41,412 nucleotides of DNA from an uncultured Gemmatimonadales bacterium (GCA_963825055.1 CAWGSK010000023.1:1-41412); one strand, 5' to 3'. Shown: positions 1 through 13,182, numbered from the stretch's first letter. Numbers and translations: made by a program. The notes: a model not told the origin generated them from the letters alone.

Positions 1-1
1 G

Positions 2-1267
2 GGCGCCCACACCGCGCTCGACGTTGGCGGCTTCGTCCGCTGCCTGAGTCACGGCTTCGGCTGGGGCGCGGCGAGCTTCACCGCGCTGGACCACCTTCCC
101 GCCATGGTCGCGCGGGCGCACGAGCTGTCGCGGGCCGTGCGCCTCGATGATCCCATCACGCTGGCCCCCGTCCCGATCCGCCAGGACGATGTGCGCCTCG
201 ACCTCGATGGCGACGTCCGGGGGGTCTCACTCGACGACAAAACCCGCCTCCTCGGCCGGCTCAACGCGCTCATGCTCGACCAGGACCGCCGGGTGGTCGA
301 TACCCAGGCCGCCTATCGTGACGAGGTCACCGAGTACTGGTACGCCAACTCCGAGGGAACGCGGCTCTTCGAGCTGCGGCCCGAGGTGACCCTGTCGGCG
401 GTCGCCAGTGCCCGGCAGCACGGCACCATCCAGCGCGGGCTCGAGTCGCTCGGCCTCCGTCGCGGCTGGAATGCGGTGCAGGGGCGGGAGGAGCAGTTCC
501 TCACCGCGGCCCGTCGTGCGGTAGCCCTCCTGGACGCCCCCAGCGTCCGGGGTGGCACCTATCCGGTGGTGATGGACCCCAAACTCGCCGGCGTGTTCAT
601 CCACGAGGCCTTCGGTCACCTGAGCGAGGCCGATTTCGTGTACGAGAATCCCGGCGCCCGGAAGATGATGACGCTGGGCCGGCGCTTCGGCAGCGACCTG
701 CTCACCGTCGGGGACGACGGGCACGCCACCGGCCTCCGGGGCACGCTGCCCTACGATGACGAGGGCACCCCGACCCGCAACACCGTCCTGATCAGGAACG
801 GCGTCCTGGTCGGACGGCTGCACTCGCGGGAGACGGCGGCGCGGATGGGCGAGGAAGTCACCGGCAACGCGCGGGCGCTCAGTTTCCGCCACCCGCCGCT
901 CGTGCGCATGACCAACACCTACATCGCCGGCGGGACCGGCACCCGGGACGATCTGCTCCGCGATATCCCGCTCGGGGTGTATGCCTGTGACGCGCAGGGA
1001 GGACAGACATTCCTGGAGGATTTCTCGTTTACCGCCGGATACGGCTACATGATCCGGGACGGCCAGCTCGCGGAGCTGGTGCGCGACGTGACCCTGGCGG
1101 GCAACCTCTTCCATTCGCTCCAGCACGTCGACCGGATTGCCGGGGATTTTCAGTGGAACCAGATGGGCGGTGGTTGCGGAAAAGGGTTCCAGGTGCCGCT
1201 GCCCGTCACGGAAGGCGCGCCGCACGTCCGGATGCAGGAGACGCTCATCGGGGGAGTGGCAGGGTGA
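2..1267 (+). CDS. tldD: TldD family metalloprotease (5'-truncated by window edge)
   Basis: Frame is open from nt 2 (GAHTALDVGGFVRCL...). Contains the HEAFGH zinc motif, DDEG, RMTNTY and C-terminal GGGCGK motifs typical of TldD. Confidence 0.92.
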   Translation, partial: GAHTALDVGGFVRCLSHGFGWGAASFTALDHLPAMVARAHELSRAVRLDDPITLAPVPIRQDDVRLDLDGDVRGVSLDDKTRLLGRLNALMLDQDRRVVDTQAAYRDEVTEYWYANSEGTRLFELRPEVTLSAVASARQHGTIQRGLESLGLRRGWNAVQGREEQFLTAARRAVALLDAPSVRGGTYPVVMDPKLAGVFIHEAFGHLSEADFVYENPGARKMMTLGRRFGSDLLTVGDDGHATGLRGTLPYDDEGTPTRNTVLIRNGVLVGRLHSRETAARMGEEVTGNARALSFRHPPLVRMTNTYIAGGTGTRDDLLRDIPLGVYACDAQGGQTFLEDFSFTAGYGYMIRDGQLAELVRDVTLAGNLFHSLQHVDRIAGDFQWNQMGGGCGKGFQVPLPVTEGAPHVRMQETLIGGVAG

Positions 1268-2565
1268 TCGGCGGGCTGCTCGACCGGGCCGCCCGGCGGG
1301 CGGAGCAGGCGGACGCGATCGCCAAGACGGACGAGACCCTGACGGCAGTCTTCGAATCGGGGCGGCTCAAGTCGATCTCGCTGGCGCAGGAGCAGGGCGC
1401 CAACCTGCGCGTGATGGCGCGCGGGCGGCTGGGGTTCGCCGGGACCACGGCGCCCCACTGGGACGATCTCATCGATCAGGCTCTCGAGAGCGCCCGGGTG
1501 GGGCCCGAGATCCCGCTCGAGATGCCCTCCCCCCGGCCCGTGCCCAGGGTCTCCACCCATGCCCCGGCCGCGGCCGCCGCCGATGCCCGGCGCCTGACGG
1601 AGATCGGTGAGCAGGTCGTGTCCCGGCTCATGCGTGACGGATGCCAGGTCAACGTGTCGGTCGAGCGCTCCCTGGGGTCGGTCCTTGTCGGCAACAGCCA
1701 CGGCGTGGACGCCGGATATGACGTGACGAGCGTGAGCGTCAGCGCGGAGCTCACCCGGGTGGCGGACGATGACGTCCTGATCATTGCGCAACACCTGGCC
1801 GGCGCGGACCTTCCCACCACCCGCGAACTCGAACTCCTGACGGGCCGGATGCTGGAGCGACTCGAATGGAGCCGCCGCACCGCCGCGGCCCCGACCGGAA
1901 CACCGCCCGTCTGCTTCACGCCCGCGGGTACGGATGTCCTCCTCGCCCCGTTCCGTCAGGCATGCCTCGGCCGGTCCGTCCACCAGGGCGTCTCCCCGCT
2001 CGCCGGGCGCGAAGGGGAGGCGATGTTCGACCCGCGTTTCTCGCTCGTGGATGACGCCCTGCTCGACTGGCGCGCAGGCTCGCGCCCGGTGGACGATGAG
2101 TGCGTACCCTCCCGGCGGATGCTCCTGGTCGACGCTGGAAAGGTTGGTGGCTTCGTCTGGGACCTGGAGACCGCGGGACTGGCCGGCGTGAATGCGACAG
2201 GCCACGGCCGCCGGAGCATCTTCGGCAAGCCCCGGACTGCCTACAGCAACCTCATGGTCCTTCCCGGCGAGGATACACCCGGGGAACTGCTCGCCCGGAT
2301 GGGGACGGGGCTGCTGGTGGACGACCTGATCGGCGTGGGACAGGGCAACGTGGTGGGCGGGGCCTTCAGCCAGCCGGTGGCCCTGGCCTTCCGGGTTGAG
2401 GGGGGAGAGGTGACCGGCCGGGTGAAGCGCGCGACCGTGGCCGGTACCGCATACGATCTTCTCAGGAACCTCGCCGGCATCGGGAACGAACTGCAGTGGA
2501 TGGGGAGCGTGGCCGCGCCGCACCTGCTGATCGAAGGGGTGAAGATAGAAGGCGGTGAGCGGTGA
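1264..2565 (+). CDS. pmbA: PmbA/TldE family protein
   Basis: GTG at 1264 overlaps the tldD stop (GTGA). TldD/PmbA-like motifs (DDEC, TGHG, GAFS, GEVTG, PHLL) are present without HExxxH. Canonical tldD-pmbA pairing. Confidence 0.85.
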   Translation: MIGGLLDRAARRAEQADAIAKTDETLTAVFESGRLKSISLAQEQGANLRVMARGRLGFAGTTAPHWDDLIDQALESARVGPEIPLEMPSPRPVPRVSTHAPAAAAADARRLTEIGEQVVSRLMRDGCQVNVSVERSLGSVLVGNSHGVDAGYDVTSVSVSAELTRVADDDVLIIAQHLAGADLPTTRELELLTGRMLERLEWSRRTAAAPTGTPPVCFTPAGTDVLLAPFRQACLGRSVHQGVSPLAGREGEAMFDPRFSLVDDALLDWRAGSRPVDDECVPSRRMLLVDAGKVGGFVWDLETAGLAGVNATGHGRRSIFGKPRTAYSNLMVLPGEDTPGELLARMGTGLLVDDLIGVGQGNVVGGAFSQPVALAFRVEGGEVTGRVKRATVAGTAYDLLRNLAGIGNELQWMGSVAAPHLLIEGVKIEGGER

Positions 2566-2657
2566 GGTGTAAGCGGTAAGCGGGAACCGCCCCGCGGGCT
2601 TGGATCTCAAATCATGAGGCAGTTCCCGCTCACTGTTTACCGCTCACCGCTCACGGT
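2552..2657. repeat. Inverted pair of heptamer arrays (GCGGTRA)n...(TYACCGC)n, probable bidirectional terminator hairpin
   Basis: GCGGTGA GCGGTGA GGTGTAA GCGGTAA GCGGGAAC (2552-2587) and GTTCCCGC TCACTGT TTACCGC TCACCGC TCACGGT (2622-2657) lie between convergent genes. Confidence 0.8.
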
Positions 2658-2665
2658 GTTCTTTG

Positions 2666-3025
2666 TTAGAGATACCGTCTTGCCAGCGCGACGATGCCCA
2701 CCACCACCAGCGCGGCCAGCACCCACATCAGGTATTCGAGCATCGTATTCCGGGAGCGGGCGGCGAGCACGCCCAGCGGGCGGCCGTCCCCGAGAGCGGG
2801 CCAGGTGCGCTGGTGCAGTGGCACCCGCTTGTCCTGGGCCTCGAGGACCCGCCGGGCGCTCCACAGGACGCCGGCGAGGAAGCCCGCCACTCCACCAGCG
2901 ACGAGTATCCCGACAGGCGGAATGGCGCCAAGTCGCTCCGGCGCAACGGACACCAGCAGGCAGCCGAGGAGGAAGCCCAGCAGGGTTCCCACGAGCAGTT
3001 CGAGTGGCTCGAGAAGGCGATGCAT
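2666..3025 (-). CDS. Small hypothetical membrane protein (about 3 TM helices)
   Basis: 119-aa ORF with three hydrophobic segments, directly downstream of the V4R gene on the same strand. Confidence 0.65.
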   Translation of the reverse strand: MHRLLEPLELLVGTLLGFLLGCLLVSVAPERLGAIPPVGILVAGGVAGFLAGVLWSARRVLEAQDKRVPLHQRTWPALGDGRPLGVLAARSRNTMLEYLMWVLAALVVVGIVALARRYL

Positions 3026-3050
3026 GGTCAGGCGCGGGGACCCGCGGGGG

Positions 3051-3620
3051 TCAGGTGGCGGCTTCGGCCGCGGCGGCTTCCAGGTAGGGCAGGCCCTGAC
3101 TCATCCGGTCGTAGATCAGCTGGAGTGTCTCGGGTGCGCCGGTCAGGAAGCGGCACGCCTCGTCCCCACGCGTGCGGCACTCGACCTCCATGACTCCCAC
3201 CACGGCGTTCGATACCCTGCCCAGGAAATCGGCGAGCATACCGCATGAAAAGTGGCATGAGGGGTGGGCCGAGCGGTGTTCCGGGCTGGCCTCGGCCCAG
3301 TCGGGCGAATCGAGGGTGACCACCGCCGGGCTCAGCTGGTCGGGCACCAGGTGCCCCCAGCCGAACTCCGCGAAAAAGCCCGAGAGTGCCTCGCCGAAGT
3401 ACTCGACGTCGAGATCGCGCGGCGAGTCCAGCCGGTAGCGCGCCTGCACCCATTCATTGAACGCGGCGTAGACGGATTCCCCGGCGGCGAAGCCAGCCTG
3501 CTGAAGCACCGACGCGCTCTGGATCCCGCCGTCCTGTTCCAGGATAATCCGGAGCTGGTGCAGCGCACGGCGGGAAAGCCCGAGGCAATCATGGGACGTC
3601 AGGAGCGATGCGGCGTTCAT
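3051..3620 (-). CDS. V4R (vinyl-4-reductase-like) domain protein
   Basis: AGFAAG, GWG, SCHF.CG.LA.F and EVECRTRGDEACRF motifs match the V4R/4VR domain. Confidence 0.85.
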   Translation of the reverse strand: MNAASLLTSHDCLGLSRRALHQLRIILEQDGGIQSASVLQQAGFAAGESVYAAFNEWVQARYRLDSPRDLDVEYFGEALSGFFAEFGWGHLVPDQLSPAVVTLDSPDWAEASPEHRSAHPSCHFSCGMLADFLGRVSNAVVGVMEVECRTRGDEACRFLTGAPETLQLIYDRMSQGLPYLEAAAAEAAT

Positions 3621-3655
3621 GAGGAAACCGGGTAGAAGTCATTGTGAAGCTACGG

Positions 3656-6470
<2,815 letters not shown>

Positions 6471-6604
6471 AGGGCAGGCGTCGGGATGAAGGAGGGTGGA
6501 AGATAGCCCGAACCCGCCCGGCACGGGAGTCCGTCATACGGCGGGCTTGGAGGCGTCGATGGCCCCGGGCTAGGTTTCGGGGGTATCACACCATGGAGAC
6601 GGAC

Positions 6605-6925
6605 ATGAGCGAGAACGAGGAAATCCTCGAGCAGGATGACGACATGGAAGACGCCGGCGGGAGCGGGGCGTTCATCGCCGGGCTGGTGCTGGGCGCCGCC
6701 CTGGGGGCGGGGGCCGCCCTGCTGTTCGCCCCCCAGGCGGGCGACCGGACACGTCGCCAGGTCGGACGCCGCCTGCGCGAGATCCGGGAAGATGCCGGCG
6801 AGCGCGTGGAGGAGATCGCGGACAAGGGCGGCCGGGAACTGCGCCGCCGCAGCGCGCAGGCCCGCAAGAAGTTCGGCCGGGCCGCCCGCGAGGCGATGGA
6901 AGCCCTCAAGGATGCGACGGGCTGA
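6605..6925 (+). CDS. YtxH-like protein
   Basis: FIAGLVLGAALGAGAALLFAPQAG..TR is the YtxH signature. GGAG at 6595-6598 precedes ATG 6605. Confidence 0.85.
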   Translation: MSENEEILEQDDDMEDAGGSGAFIAGLVLGAALGAGAALLFAPQAGDRTRRQVGRRLREIREDAGERVEEIADKGGRELRRRSAQARKKFGRAAREAMEALKDATG

Positions 6926-6931
6926 CCACGG

Positions 6932-7714
6932 TCAGCTCTCGTCGTTCTTGCCCTCGATGGACTTGAGCAGCGCGGCGGCCTCTTCCTTGTAGGTCGGGTC
7001 CATCACGTCCTTGACCGGCAGCTCGCCGATCCTGGCCAGCTGCTCCCGGGCCTTGCTGTACTCTTTCCGGTCAACGTAGATCTCGGCCAGGTCGTAGCGG
7101 TGATAGATGTTCTGGGGTGCCAGCGAGACGGCCTTCTCCATGTTCTCTACGGCCTTGTCCCAGGACGCCTCGTTGAAGATGGCGCCGCCCAGGAAGCTCT
7201 TCGCGAAGAAGCGCTGGATACCAGACAGGCGCATGATCTCGGCGTGCCAGCGGCCGAGGACGTGGTAGGCACCGTCATGGTCCGGGTCCAGCGCGATGGC
7301 CCGCAGGGCCTCGCTGCGGATTTCGGCGGCGCGCTGGACCCGCTCCTTCTTGCCCTTCGTGAGCGACGCGCGACCGATCGCCGCGCTCAGGATGAAGTGG
7401 CCGTCGGACCCGTCCGGGCTGGCGGTCACGGCGCGGCGGGCGTAGCGCTCCGCCTGGGCATACAGCGAGTCGCGGGCGGCACTCTTGCGGTCATCCGGGG
7501 TCTGCTTGCCGATGTCGATCAGGGCCCGGGCGGCGTGCCAGTTTGCCTCGTAGTTCATGGAGTCCACCCGCAGGGCGGACTCGAAGTACGCCAGCGCCTC
7601 CGCCGGCCGGCGGGCTTCGGCCGCCTCGATGCCCCGGGCGATCTGGGCCTCCTGGGCGGGAAGGGCCGCGGCGCCGGCACACAGGGCGGACAGGACCAGA
7701 AGGGTGGCGCGCAT
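6932..7714 (-). CDS. Secreted TPR-repeat protein
   Basis: AAGGAG RBS before ATG 7714, signal peptide MRATLLVLSALCAGAAALPA, then TPR-like helices (AIALDPDHDGAYHVLG, AVSLAPQNI). Confidence 0.8.
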   Translation of the reverse strand: MRATLLVLSALCAGAAALPAQEAQIARGIEAAEARRPAEALAYFESALRVDSMNYEANWHAARALIDIGKQTPDDRKSAARDSLYAQAERYARRAVTASPDGSDGHFILSAAIGRASLTKGKKERVQRAAEIRSEALRAIALDPDHDGAYHVLGRWHAEIMRLSGIQRFFAKSFLGGAIFNEASWDKAVENMEKAVSLAPQNIYHRYDLAEIYVDRKEYSKAREQLARIGELPVKDVMDPTYKEEAAALLKSIEGKNDES

Positions 7715-7760
7715 GCAGGGTCTCCTTGGTGACATCCCACTCGGTACAATGGATGCCTGA

Positions 7761-9092
7761 ATGGTGGTCGCAAGCCTGATCGAACGCAAGCGGGATGGCG
7801 GTACACTGTCCGCCGGTGAATGGGCCGCGCTCATTGAGGCTTTCGCCGCGGACCATGTCCCCCGGTACCAGATGGCCGCCATGCTCATGGCCATTCTCTG
7901 GCGCGGCCTGGCGCCGGAGGAACTTCAGGCCATGACGGATGCGATGCTCAACTCCGGTGCCCGCCTCGACCTGACCGGCCTCCACCGTCCAGTGGTGGAC
8001 AAGCACTCCACTGGTGGCGTGGGCGACAAGACGTCGATTATCGTTGCGCCGCTCGTGGCCTGCTGTGGCGTCGCGGTGCCGATGATGAGCGGGCGGGGCC
8101 TCGGGCACACCGGCGGTACCATTGACAAGCTCGAGTCCATTCCCGGCTTCCGCACCGCCCTGAGCCTCGACGAGACGCAGGCCCAGGTCCGGCAGATCGG
8201 GGTGGCCATGCTCAGCCAGACGCCCGAGATCGCCCCGGCCGACCGTAAGCTGTACGCCCTGCGCGACGTGACCGCGACGGTCGAGTCCATCCCGCTCATC
8301 TGTGCCAGTATCATGAGCAAGAAGCTGGCCGAGGGCCTGGACGGCCTTGTCCTGGACGTGAAGACCGGCAGCGGGGCCTTCCTGCCGTCCGTCGAGGACG
8401 GTCTCGCGCTCGCCCGGACGATGATCGGGGTTGGGGAAGGGCATGGATGCCGGACGGTGGCTCTCCTGACGGCGATGGACCGGCCGCTGGGGCGGGCGAT
8501 GGGGCACGCGCTCGAGATCGAGGAGTCGCTCCAAGCACTCGAAGGGAAGGGACCGGACGATCTCGCGACCGTGACCATGGCGCTGGCGGTGGAGATGCTC
8601 CTGATGGCCGGGGTTGCGGACACTCCTGTCCTTGCACGGGAACAACTCGACCGGGCGATCGACTCCGGTCAGGCGCTCGCGCGGTTCCGGGAGGTCATCG
8701 AGGCCCAGGGAGGGGACCCCGCGATCGTCGAGGATCCCTCACGGCTTCCCCAGGCCGGTGCGGTGGAACTGTTCCACGCCCCGGAGGACGGCATTGTCCA
8801 GGCCGTCCTGCCCCGGGTGCTCGGCCGGGCGATCATCGCGCTGGGCGGCGGGAGAGAAGAGGTCGAGGACGAGATCGATCCATCGGTGGGTTTCGTGGTC
8901 ACGGTGAAGCCGGGCGACCGGGTCCGCCGGGGCCAGCCGGTGGCATCCGTGTTCGCCGCCGACCAGGCGGGCATCACTCTCGGGCAGGACGCCCTCGCCG
9001 AGGCCATCAGGGTGGGACCGGGCATGCCGCAGGACGTGCGGCCGCTGGTGTCGCACCGGGTGAGCGCGGGGGGTGTCGAGGAGATCGCCTGA
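7761..9092 (+). CDS. pdp: Pyrimidine-nucleoside/thymidine phosphorylase
   Basis: DKHSTGGVGDK, MSGRGLGHTGGT.DKLESIPG, LYALRDVTATV and SIMSKK motifs. Confidence 0.95.
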   Translation: MVVASLIERKRDGGTLSAGEWAALIEAFAADHVPRYQMAAMLMAILWRGLAPEELQAMTDAMLNSGARLDLTGLHRPVVDKHSTGGVGDKTSIIVAPLVACCGVAVPMMSGRGLGHTGGTIDKLESIPGFRTALSLDETQAQVRQIGVAMLSQTPEIAPADRKLYALRDVTATVESIPLICASIMSKKLAEGLDGLVLDVKTGSGAFLPSVEDGLALARTMIGVGEGHGCRTVALLTAMDRPLGRAMGHALEIEESLQALEGKGPDDLATVTMALAVEMLLMAGVADTPVLAREQLDRAIDSGQALARFREVIEAQGGDPAIVEDPSRLPQAGAVELFHAPEDGIVQAVLPRVLGRAIIALGGGREEVEDEIDPSVGFVVTVKPGDRVRRGQPVASVFAADQAGITLGQDALAEAIRVGPGMPQDVRPLVSHRVSAGGVEEIA

Positions 9093-9316
9093 TGGGTATC
9101 GTGGTGCTGGCGTTCGTCCTGCTCACCGGGCTGCTCTGGCTCCTCAGGGGCAACGGCGACGGCGAGGCGCCCGACCGCGACCCTTCCCTCCGCCACGGTG
9201 AGCTGGAACAGGCGGAGCGCGAGGTGCGGGACCTCGGTACCGAACACCAGGCCGGACAGGACATCTACGGTGACGACTGGGGGCCGGGCGTCCCGCGCCC
9301 CCCGGAGCGATTGTGA
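9092..9316 (+). CDS. Small single-pass membrane protein (74 aa)
   Basis: ATG overlaps the pdp stop (TGATG) and its stop overlaps the kinase GTG. N-terminal TM (MGIVVLAFVLLTGLLWLL) with an acidic tail. Confidence 0.65.
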   Translation: MGIVVLAFVLLTGLLWLLRGNGDGEAPDRDPSLRHGELEQAEREVRDLGTEHQAGQDIYGDDWGPGVPRPPERL

Positions 9317-12300
9317 ACGATCGCGTGCAGGATCTCCAGCAGCGGGTCGCCCACGCCCTGGCGGCCGACTACGACGTCATCCGCCCGCTGGGCAGCGGGG
9401 GGATGGCGACCGTGTTCCTCGCCGAGGAGCGCGCGCTGCGCCGCATGGTCGCGATCAAGGTCCTCGACCCCGACCTTGCCGCCAGTCCCGTGTTCCGCAC
9501 GCGATTCCAGCGCGAGGCGGAGACGGCGGCCCAGCTCCAGCATCCGCACATCGTTCCGATCTACCGGGTGGGCGAGGCCGACGGCCTCGCGTATTTCACC
9601 ATGGGGTATGTCGAGGGAGAAAGCCTCGCCGAACGCATGCGGCGGGAGGGGCGGCTGCCCGTGACCGAGTCCCTGCGCCTCGCCCGGCAGGTGGGCGGCG
9701 CGCTCGCCGCCGCCCACCGCCGCGGCATCGTACACCGGGACGTGAAGCCGCAGAACGTCATGCTGGAGGCGGAGTCGGGCCGCGCCCTGGTGACCGACTT
9801 CGGAATCGCGCGGGTGGCGGTTGCGTCCGGCGACCCCGGTCCGGAGGACGACGACCGCCTGACGGAACTCGGGATGGTCATGGGCACCCCGCGCTACATG
9901 AGCCCCGAGCAGGCGGCGGGGGAGCGTGACCTCGAGCCGGTGGCCGACAGCTACGCCCTCGGCATCATGCTCTACGAAATGCTGACGGGCGACTACCCAT
10001 ACGACCTCCGGCCCGGAACCAGCCCGATCGTCGCCCATCTGACGCATGCCGTGCGCGACCCGAGCGAGCGGATTGATGACCTGCCCGCCGGCGTGGCGGG
10101 ACTCCTGGACCAGCTGCTCGAGAAGAACCCGGAGCGGCGGATGACCGCCGCGTCGTTCGTCGCAGCCCTCGATAACCCGGCCCTCACCACCGGTCGACCG
10201 GCAGCGCGGCGGCCTCCTCCGTCTCGCGCTCGACGCCTCCTGATCGGGCTCGGCGGCCTCGCCGTCCTGGCCGCGCTCGTGATCGGCGCGGTCGTGATGA
10301 TCCGCAGCCGCCCGGCCGGGCCGCCGCACGGCGTCAATCCCCGCCACTCGCTCCTCATCGGTTTCTTCGCCAATCGCACCGGAGATCCGGGCCTGGGCTG
10401 GCTCCGGCTCGGCGGAGTGGAGCTGATGACCCGGCCGCTGGTCCGCTGGGAAGACCTCACGGTAGTGAGCCCCGAGCGGCTCCTCGATCTCGCAAGGCGG
10501 GTGGGGATGTCCGAGGATGCCACGCTGTCCACCGGGGACGTCCGCACGCTGGCGCGCGAGGCCGGCGTCTGGACCGCCACGATCGGCACCATCGTCAAGC
10601 TCGCCCAGGACCGGGTCGAGATCAGCGTGCGGGTGTACGACGTGGCCTCCGGCAGCCAGATCGGCACGTTCACCGCGGAGGCAGCCCCGGACAGCACGCT
10701 CCCGGAGGCGTTCGAGCACCTGGCCGACCGCATCCTCGACATTGCGGGCGCGCCGCGTTCGGCGCTGCCCGATGTCGATCCGCCGACCACGTCCCTGACG
10801 GCCTACCAGGCATACATCGAGGGGCTGGCGGCACGGAGCCGGTGGGACATGGAGTCGGCCATCCGGCACTTCCGCGGCGCCGTGGACGCCGACCCGACCT
10901 TCGCGCTTGCGTACTACCGGTTGAGCGCCGCGACCGCCATGGCCGAGATCGCGAGCCCCTCACCGACCTGGATCAACCTGGCGGACTCGGCTTACCAGTA
11001 CTCCACCGGCCGGCCGCCGCGAGAGCGGCTGCTGATCGGTGCGTTCGACGCGTACGTGCACGCGGCCCTGGATCGCGCCGACTCGCTGTACCGCCAGGTG
11101 CTGGCAGAGGACTCCACCCTCGCGGATGCGTGGTCCGGTCTGGGCGCGGTCGCGCAGTCCAGGCTCACCCTGGTCAAGGACTCACGCGGACGGGACTCCC
11201 TGCCCGCCAACCTGACCCTCGCGCTCAACGCCTATCGCCGCGCGCAGGATCTCGACCGCAGCAATCACCTGTACTACCTGCAGATCGCGAACCTGCTCGC
11301 CTATGCGGGCCTGGAGCAGAACAACATGCTCCCCGCCTTCCGGGAGCCGCCGAAGAATATCCGGGGCCTGCAGAATCGCATTCCCGCCCGTACGTACTCC
11401 GTGTTGCTGATAGGCGATTCGCTCAAGACGTTCCCTTCGGAGTCGCTGACTGCGCGATTCCGGCAGGAGACCATCGATTCCCTCCGGCGGCGTGCGCGAC
11501 AGCAGGCCGCAGACGTGATCGATCAATGGCTGGCGGTGGCACCCGATGAGGGTCAGGCCTACATGTTCCAGTCCGTCTTTCGCCGACTGGACAGGGACTA
11601 CGATGGGGCGCTGACGGCGCTGGAGAAGGCCCACCAGCTCGGGTTCGCCCTCCCGATTCCCTATGAAAACCTGCGCCTCACCACCCTGCTGGATGGCGGG
11701 CGGTGGAGCGAGGCAATGGCCATGGCGGATTCGATGGGTGCCGCCGGGTATTCGCCGGACAGCCTCGGCAGTTCGTCCATCTTCGCCGCGCCGTACGTCA
11801 ACGTGCGGCTCGCGCAGGGGCGCCTGGACGAGGCTGCCACCTGGTACCAGCCCCTGCTGGGGGCCGCCCGCGCACTTGCCGGCGATGCCCAGCTGCGGGG
11901 ATACTTCGACGTGGCTGTGGGCCTGCTGCCCATTCGCGTCGCGGCCACGACCGGAACACTGCGCCGGCCCCAGCTGCGTGCGATGGCCGCACGGCTGTCA
12001 TCGAGGATGACCCGGGACAGCGTCCCGGATGACATTGCGAAATCGTGGGCCTCGAACATTGCCTTCGCGGCCGCCGTGGTGGGAGACACCGCGCTGTTCC
12101 GCGAGTGGGCGGCACGGGACACGGTGGACCGATCTGCCGAGCGCGCGCTGGCGGCGCTCGAGGCCGGCGACCGCGCGGGCGCGGGACGCGGATTTGCCGA
12201 CGCGCCGCCCCGGTCCCAGGGCAATGCGTGGGCCCGTGCGCGAGTAGCCGAGGCGCTCGGGAAGGTGGATATCGCGCTGGCGCAATACGGCGCGCTGGAT

Positions 12301-12552
12301 ACGCTTTTCACAGAGTCCTCCAACGGAGTGGACCCCGAGTTTCCCCTCCTGGTCCGAAGCTGGGCGCATCGGGCGGCGCTGTACGAGGCGAAGGGGGAGA
12401 ACGCGCGGGCCGCGGAATACTACCGCCGGTTCATCGACGCCTGGCAGAAGGCTGACCCGGCGCTCCAGCCCGAGGTCGAGCGGGCGCGTCAGGCGCTCGG
12501 CCAGCTCGAGCGGATCGATCGGGGCGACGCCCCCACGTCCGCGCCTCGCTGA
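9313..12552 (+). CDS. Hanks-type Ser/Thr kinase with TM, TolB-N-like domain and TPR repeats
   Basis: GSGGMATV, VAIK, HRDVKPQN, DFG, GTPRYMSPE; TM LLIGLGGLAVLAALVIGAVVMI; then FANRTGDP (TolB-N-like) and TPRs (DPTFALAY). Confidence 0.9.
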   Translation: MNDRVQDLQQRVAHALAADYDVIRPLGSGGMATVFLAEERALRRMVAIKVLDPDLAASPVFRTRFQREAETAAQLQHPHIVPIYRVGEADGLAYFTMGYVEGESLAERMRREGRLPVTESLRLARQVGGALAAAHRRGIVHRDVKPQNVMLEAESGRALVTDFGIARVAVASGDPGPEDDDRLTELGMVMGTPRYMSPEQAAGERDLEPVADSYALGIMLYEMLTGDYPYDLRPGTSPIVAHLTHAVRDPSERIDDLPAGVAGLLDQLLEKNPERRMTAASFVAALDNPALTTGRPAARRPPPSRARRLLIGLGGLAVLAALVIGAVVMIRSRPAGPPHGVNPRHSLLIGFFANRTGDPGLGWLRLGGVELMTRPLVRWEDLTVVSPERLLDLARRVGMSEDATLSTGDVRTLAREAGVWTATIGTIVKLAQDRVEISVRVYDVASGSQIGTFTAEAAPDSTLPEAFEHLADRILDIAGAPRSALPDVDPPTTSLTAYQAYIEGLAARSRWDMESAIRHFRGAVDADPTFALAYYRLSAATAMAEIASPSPTWINLADSAYQYSTGRPPRERLLIGAFDAYVHAALDRADSLYRQVLAEDSTLADAWSGLGAVAQSRLTLVKDSRGRDSLPANLTLALNAYRRAQDLDRSNHLYYLQIANLLAYAGLEQNNMLPAFREPPKNIRGLQNRIPARTYSVLLIGDSLKTFPSESLTARFRQETIDSLRRRARQQAADVIDQWLAVAPDEGQAYMFQSVFRRLDRDYDGALTALEKAHQLGFALPIPYENLRLTTLLDGGRWSEAMAMADSMGAAGYSPDSLGSSSIFAAPYVNVRLAQGRLDEAATWYQPLLGAARALAGDAQLRGYFDVAVGLLPIRVAATTGTLRRPQLRAMAARLSSRMTRDSVPDDIAKSWASNIAFAAAVVGDTALFREWAARDTVDRSAERALAALEAGDRAGAGRGFADAPPRSQGNAWARARVAEALGKVDIALAQYGALDTLFTESSNGVDPEFPLLVRSWAHRAALYEAKGENARAAEYYRRFIDAWQKADPALQPEVERARQALGQLERIDRGDAPTSAPR

Positions 12553-13173
12553 TCAGCCGTTGCGCCGCCGGCGATAGTAGCGCCTGACTTTCGCGCGGTT
12601 TCCGCAATCGGCCATGTCGCACCACCGGCGGCTCCGGTTGCGGCTGCTGTCCACGAACAGCCAGTTACAGTCTTCTGCGCGGCATTTCTTGACGCGGGCC
12701 AGCTCGTCGGCACCCAGCAACGCGACCGCACTGTCCACGACCGGCCAGCCGATACGGGTCAGGTCTTCCGGTTTCGACATCCACTTCCACGCTCCCCGCC
12801 CGTCCTGCCAGGCCAGCTGCCGGCGCTGCGCGGCGTCGTGCCAGGCCCGGTCCAGTGCCTCCAGATCGGCGGGCGCGGGTGTCGCCTGGTCCGTGACTGC
12901 CGAGAAGATCCGGTAGATCACCTCCCGAAGCTCCTTCAGCTCGTCGAGGGCACGCGCCGCCAGCACCGGGTGGGCGGCCGCGGTCTTCCGGAGTGCGGCT
13001 GCCTCACGACGGCCTGCCAGCTCCACCCGCTCCGCCCAGGTCACCACGTCATCGAACTGCGTCAGCCGCTCGCGCGGCGATCCGCTGTGGCGCTCGCTCG
13101 TCGTGTTGGCCAGGTCGAGGGCGAGGTTCCCCCCGACGATGGGAATGGCGGAGATATCGGGGTGCAGGGACAT
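12553..13173 (-). CDS. ABATE / CGNR zinc-finger domain protein (putative transcriptional regulator)
   Basis: GGNLALDLANT (ABATE N-terminus) and C....C.WLFVDSSRNRSRRWCDMADCGNRAK. Confidence 0.93.
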   Translation of the reverse strand: MSLHPDISAIPIVGGNLALDLANTTSERHSGSPRERLTQFDDVVTWAERVELAGRREAAALRKTAAAHPVLAARALDELKELREVIYRIFSAVTDQATPAPADLEALDRAWHDAAQRRQLAWQDGRGAWKWMSKPEDLTRIGWPVVDSAVALLGADELARVKKCRAEDCNWLFVDSSRNRSRRWCDMADCGNRAKVRRYYRRRRNG

Positions 13174-13182
13174 GGGCGATCT

